From: a candidate division FCPU426 bacterium
Lineage (GTDB): Bacteria > Oederibacteriota > JAAXVQ01 > JAUVAV01
NCBI GenBank assembly: GCA_040756875.1
Contig: JBFLYH010000001.1
Span: 1,212,878-1,276,877 of the forward strand
Length of the DNA stretch: 64,000 bases
Reading direction: 5' to 3'
Shown: piece by piece, positions 57,995-64,000 of the stretch
Position numbering within the stretch: the first letter of the stretch is position 1
Layout: each line of letters starts with the position of its first letter
Program-made: the position numbers and the translations under genes
Notes under the pieces: model-generated
What the model was told of the DNA's origin: nothing
Database searches by the model: none
Seen by the model: the letters and a program-made list of their open reading frames with translations, nothing else

Positions 57995-58789
57995 TCAGCT
58001 TTCAACCATTTTCGACTTGTGCCTTTTTTCCACCATTCGCTTAGCCATGGACTCCGCCAGATTGCCGGCCAGTTTCTTCAGGGGACCCAGGCGGGTGGGA
58101 TAATAATAATCGGACGTAAACCAGCCCTTTTCCGCATAATAGGCATAGTCGCGGTCCTGCGCGGTAAGCTCCAGCTTGACGCTTTGCCGGCCCATCCTGA
58201 AGATCATCACCTGCATGAGATCAGGCACCGGATGGCCGGCTTTCATCAATCTGGCGTAAAACCGCCGGCTCTGCTTCTCCACAGCCTGATCGGCCTTTTG
58301 TTTCTCAAGCACGGTCATCGGTTCGAGAGCCGTGATGCAGGTTCCCTTCACCGTGTTGAACCCCAGCCCCTGGCCGACGAAATCAAGGTAGCTCAGCAGC
58401 TTGTTTCCGCCGTAAATGCCCTGGACCACGATGCTTGTGTAAGCCTTGCCGAAGGCATTCGGACGGTGGAATACGAATCCGAGCCGGTCCAGGAACACCT
58501 TCATCAGGCCGGAAACCTGAAACGAGTAGTTCGGGGTGGCGAAAACGACTCCATCCGAGGCTTTGATCTTTGCAAAGAGCGCGTCCCGGTCGTCTTTCAG
58601 GGGGCAGAACTCCTCCCCTTTTAGAAAGCACACCTTGCAGCCGCGGCAGACACCGAGGTTGTACTCGTTCAAGGGCACGAGCTCGGTCTCAACCCCGCCC
58701 AGAGCCTGAAGGCTGTCCAGGAATTTCCGCGTGGAATGGTAGGTGCCCTTCTTGCGCGCGCAACCGACAAACGCCGTGACCTTCTTCAT
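57995..58789 (-). CDS. Flavodoxin family / NADPH-dependent FMN reductase (iron-sulfur flavoprotein-like)
   Basis: CRGCKVC...CPLKDD, ATPNY, MKVFLDR. Confidence 0.85.
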   Translation of the reverse strand: MKKVTAFVGCARKKGTYHSTRKFLDSLQALGGVETELVPLNEYNLGVCRGCKVCFLKGEEFCPLKDDRDALFAKIKASDGVVFATPNYSFQVSGLMKVFLDRLGFVFHRPNAFGKAYTSIVVQGIYGGNKLLSYLDFVGQGLGFNTVKGTCITALEPMTVLEKQKADQAVEKQSRRFYARLMKAGHPVPDLMQVMIFRMGRQSVKLELTAQDRDYAYYAEKGWFTSDYYYPTRLGPLKKLAGNLAESMAKRMVEKRHKSKMVES

Positions 58790-58843
58790 GGGCTCACCTC
58801 TGTGAACGCCGCCCAGCTTCTGCGGCGATTTTTTCCCTTCCCG

Positions 58844-58951
58844 TCAATTTACCGTGATGAGCACCTGGTTGTCTTTGGGAACGGGCTGTTCCACCTCTTT
58901 CAGTTGCAGCACCTCAGGCGGTCCGTACTTTTCGGCAATCATGGCTTTCAT
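58844..58951 (-). pseudogene. Remnant: first 35 codons of an MDR-family NAD(P)-dependent alcohol dehydrogenase/quinone oxidoreductase
   Basis: Manual translation [35 protein letters not shown]-stop, a classic MDR N-terminus; no continuation before the next gene. Confidence 0.7.
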
Positions 58952-59124
58952 GCGTGCACCCCCATCCGTTTTTTGGACCTCAAGCCGACTATAACGCCAT
59001 CTCCCGGACGAGGCAACGCTAAACGGGCCTAGGCCTAAAAATAGTTGGAGGGGGGGATCATGAGCATGATTGTGGATAGTATGTTATGAAGCAGGAAACG
59101 AATTGCAGTAATTTATTAGGGCAT

Positions 59125-59697
59125 TCAAAATTCAATACCCTGTCTCCGCCTGATCCGCGCAGTATAAAGCTTTTCCGTGAACCCGCCCTGGCTGACAAAA
59201 CGTTCCTCCAAAGCGCGCAACTGTTGCCCCAGTAGGTAGCTGGCCTGGTTGATCAGGCAGATCAAAGTGTTGGCCGCTTGCTCGGCATTAGCTGTTTTCA
59301 AGCAGTACGGGTCCGACCTGTCCGACAGGTCAGACTGTTCTGACCGATATTTTTTCCTGATCGCCAGCGCCTCGGCCGAGTTCTTTTCCCACTGCCGCAA
59401 GCCGCGCTGACGCAGAAAATCCTCGTAATCCAGCAGGAGCTCTTCCAGGCTGGCGCGGGCAACGCCGGTCAGCTTGAGTTCGGTTTTTCTCGAGGTGGCG
59501 GAGGCCATGCTTCCTTCCGCAATGTTCTGCACCCCGCTGCGCGCCGCTTGGACCATTTGGTCGACTGTGCGGGATCGCCGATCCAGGAAACGGTTGCAAA
59601 ACACCACGGTGGAGTCGTAAACCAGTTGCGCGGCTCGGAAGCTGCGGAGCTTGCGGTAACCGCCATGCGGCGGGATAAGGGAGTGCGGGTCAGACAT
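59125..59697 (-). CDS. Four-helix-bundle suffix domain protein
   Basis: GGYRKL, RTVDQMVQAARSG.QNIAEG, ARASLEELLLDYEDFLR, F...GGF.E.L. Confidence 0.85.
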   Translation of the reverse strand: MSDPHSLIPPHGGYRKLRSFRAAQLVYDSTVVFCNRFLDRRSRTVDQMVQAARSGVQNIAEGSMASATSRKTELKLTGVARASLEELLLDYEDFLRQRGLRQWEKNSAEALAIRKKYRSEQSDLSDRSDPYCLKTANAEQAANTLICLINQASYLLGQQLRALEERFVSQGGFTEKLYTARIRRRQGIEF

Positions 59698-59869
59698 GGT
59701 TCGGCCTCCAGCAGGATTACTGGAGGATTAGACCGGGCGGGGGTTAAAAAGCATTCGATTTTTTAAACAGGAGGCTTGAAATCGTCGTGCCTGGTGCCGA
59801 ATCCCCCGGTCGCTTGATTTTCCTAATGGACTTAAACTACCAGACTAACTCCGGCACCATTCAAGAGGT

Positions 59870-60361
59870 TCAAGCGATCTTGTTTTCCAGGTGGGTAACG
59901 CGTTTTTCCAGCTTGGCCAGGTCTTTGCCATCGGCTTTGTGGCTCAAAGCGCGCATGATTTCTTTATGGCCATCTTGCAGGCGGGTTACTTTCCGGGTGA
60001 GCACACCTTGGCCCGCCTCTAAACGAGTGACCTTTACATGAAGCTCATCTTGTCCTTCCTGCAATTTAGAAACCCGCCCTTCCAGGTTTGAAACCTGCCC
60101 CTCCACCTTTGTAACCTTCTCCTCCAGGTTCGAAACCCCCTTCTCCAAGTTCGAAACCCCCTTCTCCAAGTTCGAAACCCGCCCGTTGAGCACGGTTTGG
60201 CCTTCATGCAGAACGCCGACTTCATGCTTCAGGTCGTGGATGTCAGCCTCGACCCTGTCAAACCGGTGATTCACGACCTCAACCACGCGCTTGATATCTG
60301 ACCTAACGTCTTCTATTGCGGTCTTAAATTCACCCAATGAAATCATCCCCTCTTCGGTCAT
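59870..60361 (-). CDS. Coiled-coil heptad-repeat protein (paralog of 23897-24304)
   Basis: AAGGAGG RBS; V(S/T)(N/K/R)LE.G heptads encoded by 21-bp repeats; termini shared with 23897-24304. Confidence 0.72.
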   Translation of the reverse strand: MTEEGMISLGEFKTAIEDVRSDIKRVVEVVNHRFDRVEADIHDLKHEVGVLHEGQTVLNGRVSNLEKGVSNLEKGVSNLEEKVTKVEGQVSNLEGRVSKLQEGQDELHVKVTRLEAGQGVLTRKVTRLQDGHKEIMRALSHKADGKDLAKLEKRVTHLENKIA

Positions 60362-60471
60362 TATTGCCTCCTTATTGTGGGCAAACCAGGTTGCTCTGTC
60401 AACGAACAATTCTCGAAACATTAGACCCACGGAGGCAGTTTTCCATGCGTTCTAAAATAATGTTCCCTATA

Positions 60472-60708
60472 TCATGGCTTGCACACCTTGCACGGCCTGT
60501 AACCATTTTCCCGGGCTTGGGCTTTAGTTTTAAAGACGATTAGGTTCTTCTTTTTAATCTTTTTGGCCCAGCGGCAAGTGGAATAGTGGTATTTGTCCGA
60601 GCGGATGCTGCCGTAATAGGCGGCTAAGGAAGGGAGAGGAGTGAATAGCGTGAACAGCAGGAGTCCAACTGATAAAACAGCCAGTGCCTTTTTCCGCATC
60701 CCCATCAC
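60472..60708 (-). CDS. Small secreted Ada-like metal-binding domain protein (copy 1)
   Basis: Signal peptide plus YYGS..SDKYH...C...I...N...F.T...A...GYRPCKVCKP. Confidence 0.8.
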   Translation of the reverse strand: MMGMRKKALAVLSVGLLLFTLFTPLPSLAAYYGSIRSDKYHYSTCRWAKKIKKKNLIVFKTKAQARENGYRPCKVCKP

Positions 60709-60943
60709 CTACTTCCGGGTATGGTCGAGTGGGAGAGGGAAAGGAGAAAGTCATTTTGACATCCAAACAACGTCCCCACTCAATCAAGTGCGGTCTTAAA
60801 TTCGCTCAATGAAATCATCCCCTCTTCGGTCATCAAAGCCTCCTCATTGTGGGCGAACCGGGTTGCTCTGTCAACGAACAATTCTCGAAACATTAGACCC
60901 ACGGAGGCAGTTTTCCATGCGTTCTAAAATAATGTTCCCTATA

Positions 60944-61180
60944 TCATGGCTTGCACACCTTGCACGGCCTGTAACCATTTTCCCGGGCTTGGGCTTTAGT
61001 TTTAAAGACGATTAGGTTCTTCTTTTTAATCTTTTTGGCCCAGCGGCAAGTGGAATAGTGGTATTTGTCCGAGCGGATGCTGCCGTAATAGGCGGCTAAG
61101 GAAGGGAGAGGAGTGAATAGCGTGAACAGCAGGAGTCCAACTGATAAAACAGCCAGTGCCTTTTTCCGCATCCCCATCAC
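60944..61180 (-). CDS. Small secreted Ada-like metal-binding domain protein (copy 2, identical)
   Basis: Translation identical to 60472-60708. Confidence 0.75.
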   Translation of the reverse strand: MMGMRKKALAVLSVGLLLFTLFTPLPSLAAYYGSIRSDKYHYSTCRWAKKIKKKNLIVFKTKAQARENGYRPCKVCKP

Positions 61181-61282
61181 CTACTTCCGGGTATGGTCGA
61201 GTGGGAGAGGGAAAGGAGAAAGTCATTTTGACATCCAAACAACGTCCCCAATCACAATGTCCCAGTTCATATTTATATAAGC

Positions 61283-61813
61283 CTAAGCGGCTTTGAGTTT
61301 CTTAGCCAGTCCTTGAGCCCAGTCCTTGATCGCCTTCCAATCCCGCGCGTCGCTGGCAGGCGTTTTATACAATGGGCTGACCGGCAGTTTGCCCAGCAGT
61401 GAATCCGGGAAACGCAGCGTAGCTGGATCGTACTTGCCGCCGAACATGACGGTTGATAGCGGCTTTAACCCAGGGAAAGCTTCCAGCGCCTTCTGCATCT
61501 GGGCTAATACACCCGGTTTGGCCAAGTCCTCACTTTTAACCGGCCCTAACGTGAAAATCGCCAAGGGTTTGGAGGCAAGGGCCGCGCCCTGCCGCTCCAG
61601 AAACCGCCCGGCGTCTTTTTGAAGCTTGCCGATGTACAATGGTGCGCCAAGAACCACCGCACTGAATCCATCGAGCTTCTTCACCTTCGCGGCAGACTCA
61701 ACCGAAACCTGCAAACCGTTTTCACGCAGCACGCTGGCCACGGATTCAGCGACCTCCCGGGTTGAACCATAACGAGTGGCATAGGTTACGAGTACATTCG
61801 CCATAGCGGACAC
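61283..61813 (-). CDS. Flavodoxin-domain protein (HemG-like)
   Basis: VTYATRYGSTREVA, AVVLGAPLYIG, FGG, DARDW..I..WA. Confidence 0.85.
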   Translation of the reverse strand: MSAMANVLVTYATRYGSTREVAESVASVLRENGLQVSVESAAKVKKLDGFSAVVLGAPLYIGKLQKDAGRFLERQGAALASKPLAIFTLGPVKSEDLAKPGVLAQMQKALEAFPGLKPLSTVMFGGKYDPATLRFPDSLLGKLPVSPLYKTPASDARDWKAIKDWAQGLAKKLKAA

Positions 61814-61879
61814 CTTCCTTTGTTTTGGATTATTGGAGATATTGTAGTGGCCTGCACCAATCCTCGGAATTCAGACATC

Positions 61880-62476
61880 TTATAAAAGAAGCGTCACGAC
61901 TATTATTGGAGCGATGAATATTGCAATAATATAAAGCCAACTTGAAGACAGGTAAAAGTGGATATTGTAATAAGTAGCTTCAATCCAATTAATATTTAAA
62001 TAATTCCTATACTGAGATTTAAACTTTTGCAAATCTACTTCTTCGTGGTTTTCAGGACATGCATTTAGTTCTTGTTGGTACCTCTTTTCAATATCCACTA
62101 ATTTTTCACTTAACTGTTCAGTATCAATATCACTATATAAATTTACTTCACTTAGTATTGTGTTTATTCTTTTAGCACAATTTTCCAATCTTTCCGCTCT
62201 AACAATGTATTTTTGAGAATTTTCGATTAGGCTAAAAACAAGGATGAATATTGAAAAAACAATAGTGAAAAAATCAGTTATATCTCTATTTAAAGTTGTT
62301 ATGAATCTCGGAAGTATAGATAGTGAAATACAATAGACAGACAAAAGCGCAATTCCAGCTACTGACCAATTACTCTTACTAATTAGCCTTCGGGATGCAT
62401 TAAACCTCGATCCCATAGTTTTCCAATATTTATCCCTATATTCACTTTTTTTCGCCGCTCTCGAATCACCAGTCAT
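61880..62476 (-). CDS. SLATT-domain membrane protein (SLATT_5-like), putative defence effector
   Basis: W.T...RFNASRRL, two N-terminal TM helices, SIFILVFSL, RA..L..C, Y...L....ENH...D, C-terminal TM helix; AT-rich; GAGGTG RBS. Confidence 0.78.
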   Translation of the reverse strand: MTGDSRAAKKSEYRDKYWKTMGSRFNASRRLISKSNWSVAGIALLSVYCISLSILPRFITTLNRDITDFFTIVFSIFILVFSLIENSQKYIVRAERLENCAKRINTILSEVNLYSDIDTEQLSEKLVDIEKRYQQELNACPENHEEVDLQKFKSQYRNYLNINWIEATYYNIHFYLSSSWLYIIAIFIAPIIVVTLLL

Positions 62477-62494
62477 TTCGCACCTCTTTTAGAG

Positions 62495-62625
62495 AGGGTG
62501 GGCTACCTAATTTGACATTGCCATCTCTCTTGACAATTTCCAAGAGGTCAAGACCCTGCTCGGGTATTGATTACATCCCCCTCATTATTTTAATGAGGTC
62601 CTCAAATGAGGAGGTAGCCCACCCT
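62495..62625 (-). ncRNA. Putative RT-associated structured ncRNA between RT and SLATT
   Basis: Perfect 14-bp closing inverted repeat (62495-62508 / 62612-62625) enclosing four hairpins (62600-611, 62580-598, 62553-565, 62527-546); more GC-rich than the flanking CDS. Confidence 0.72.
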
Positions 62626-64000
62626 AGTAGATATTAGCATCATCTTTACTCAACTTCGAGAGTCTTCGCATTTTAACTAAATTAAATACATTTTCTACTT
62701 CTTGGTTCGAATACTTTCTATTATAGTTTAAATAACCAAACCTTTTCAGGTACAATAGCTTTTGACTTACAGTTAATATATTATTGTAATTCATAATATA
62801 TCCATTATTAGGTGAATATTTCGCTTCATAGAAAGATCTCGCCAGACTCTTTAATGTTTGAGGTGGCGTCCCCTCAAACTCATCCAATCTCCGAAAAAAG
62901 CTCCTTATCAGCTTGTCAATCCTGTATAAAAGTCCAACATCATTCATGCTCAGAAAATAGAATATCCACCCATATCTTTTTTTATCCGAAATGGCACCAG
63001 TTATTTTTTCATTAAGCTCTGTAATAAATACTTCATTAGGTGATTCAATAACGAATGAATAATCTTTAATTTTGTTTTTAAATCTGCTAAACATGGAGAC
63101 TATCGAATGCAAATAATTTTCAACAGTTTTTGGTCTCACTGTTATAACAGGCATTCTAAATAAGTACCCTAAATATTCAAATTGGTTTTCACTTTTGCAT
63201 ATCCGTGTCTTGCCAACCCCAGCTATATCAATTTCCAGTTTTAATTTCCGAAGCCCCTCCTCGACTTTGTTAATCAATTCATCCAGATATTCATTTTTTG
63301 TTATTACTAAAATATCATCTACATATCTAAAATAACAACATCTCGTATCATTTTGCATTTCGCGATCAAACTGTAGTAAATATATATTTGCTAGTATATT
63401 AGATATTGCTAAACCCTGTGGCACTCCTTTTGTAATTAATTTGTTTCTTTCCCTCTTATGATAACTCCTATTGACAATTGGCGTTTTCAAACCACCTTCA
63501 ATTAAGCTGAGTAGTTTTTTTGATCGAATTCTATCCTTCAATTTAGTAATTAGAATATCATTGTCTATATTAGGATAATATTCTTTAATGTCCGTCTGAT
63601 AAATCATTGTATTCCGAAGGTCAGTCGCATTCAAATAGCGAGCAATTCTATCAATATAAGTATTAGCTAACGACATTTGATTTGCTTCAGGGAATACTTC
63701 CGCCAATATCTCTTTTAGTTGATTAAGAACTATTCGATCTCGAAGAGTAGGTATAGCAACAACACGTGGTTTTTTATCCCTTCCTTTTAATTTTAAAAGT
63801 TCAAGATATGGGGCAAATTGATATTTTCCATCAACACACTTTCTTTTAATAACTGCGAATTCGTCTTGCAATCGTTTTTTGAATATTTCACCATTAATAT
63901 AATCAATACCTCTGTTCTTATCATGCCAATATTTGTGCTCAAATGCCGCTTTAAGCGTTTTTAATGAATACTTTTTTCTCAACAAGTCATTTAATCTCAT
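62624..64000 (-). CDS. Reverse transcriptase, UG/DRT-type (UG17/DRT10-like)
   Basis: KPRVVAIPTLRDRIV, TDIKEYYPNID, GVPQGLAISNILANIYL, YFRYVDD, FEYLGY, C-terminal ITG....RYGWIFYF..ND...L..ID; ATG is the last codon of the window. Confidence 0.9.
   Translation of the reverse strand: MRLNDLLRKKYSLKTLKAAFEHKYWHDKNRGIDYINGEIFKKRLQDEFAVIKRKCVDGKYQFAPYLELLKLKGRDKKPRVVAIPTLRDRIVLNQLKEILAEVFPEANQMSLANTYIDRIARYLNATDLRNTMIYQTDIKEYYPNIDNDILITKLKDRIRSKKLLSLIEGGLKTPIVNRSYHKRERNKLITKGVPQGLAISNILANIYLLQFDREMQNDTRCCYFRYVDDILVITKNEYLDELINKVEEGLRKLKLEIDIAGVGKTRICKSENQFEYLGYLFRMPVITVRPKTVENYLHSIVSMFSRFKNKIKDYSFVIESPNEVFITELNEKITGAISDKKRYGWIFYFLSMNDVGLLYRIDKLIRSFFRRLDEFEGTPPQTLKSLARSFYEAKYSPNNGYIMNYNNILTVSQKLLYLKRFGYLNYNRKYSNQEVENVFNLVKMRRLSKLSKDDANIY

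Larger units (their letters stand above)
60317..61250. repeat. Direct tandem duplication with 472-bp period (60317-60778 and 60789-61250)
   Basis: Copies look identical except for substitutions clustered in the first ~75 bp; 10-bp junction CTCAATCAAG. Confidence 0.92.

Noticed and set aside
62495-64000. Classical retron (a1/a2 repeats plus RT)
   Set aside because: The RT lacks NAxxH and VTG motifs and no unpaired branching G follows the 5' arm on the coding strand. Disfavoured, though not formally excluded without a phylogeny.
62624-64000. Group II intron RT
   Set aside because: No recognisable domain V/VI downstream, no HNH domain, and a SLATT gene follows after about 150 bp.

Overview
GC-rich bacterial chromosomal window, probably from an anaerobic diderm (PFOR/nifJ, ferredoxin, porin, PorV-like barrel). 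From left to right it holds: a phosphate regulon (pstB fragment, pstA, pstC, pstS, porin, phoR, phoB) with 11-bp-periodic Pho-box-like repeats before three of its genes; a four-gene operon joined by ATGA overlaps (1646-aa repeat protein, PorV-like barrel, TPR/TM/HEAT protein, receiver protein); an adenylate cyclase; nifJ; dnaX-ybaB-recR; and a cluster of three glycosyltransferases plus a B12 radical SAM enzyme. Six secreted proteins across the window end in a T9SS/FlgD-like C-terminal domain, four of them behind Thr/Pro linkers. An accessory region follows with a 472-bp tandem duplication. The AT-rich right end (about 61.8-64 kb) is the most interesting part: a reverse transcriptase, a 131-nt highly structured intergenic RNA closed by a perfect 14-bp inverted repeat, and a SLATT-like membrane protein. 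This looks like a UG17/DRT10-like defence RT system with the ncRNA between RT and effector. Other unexplained non-coding structures are a 189-nt multi-stem fold at 46024-46212, a 23-bp inverted-repeat element at 18408-18540, and two homologous structured leaders at about 15.0 kb and 52.2 kb. All family calls come from reading motifs by eye; no database searches were run.
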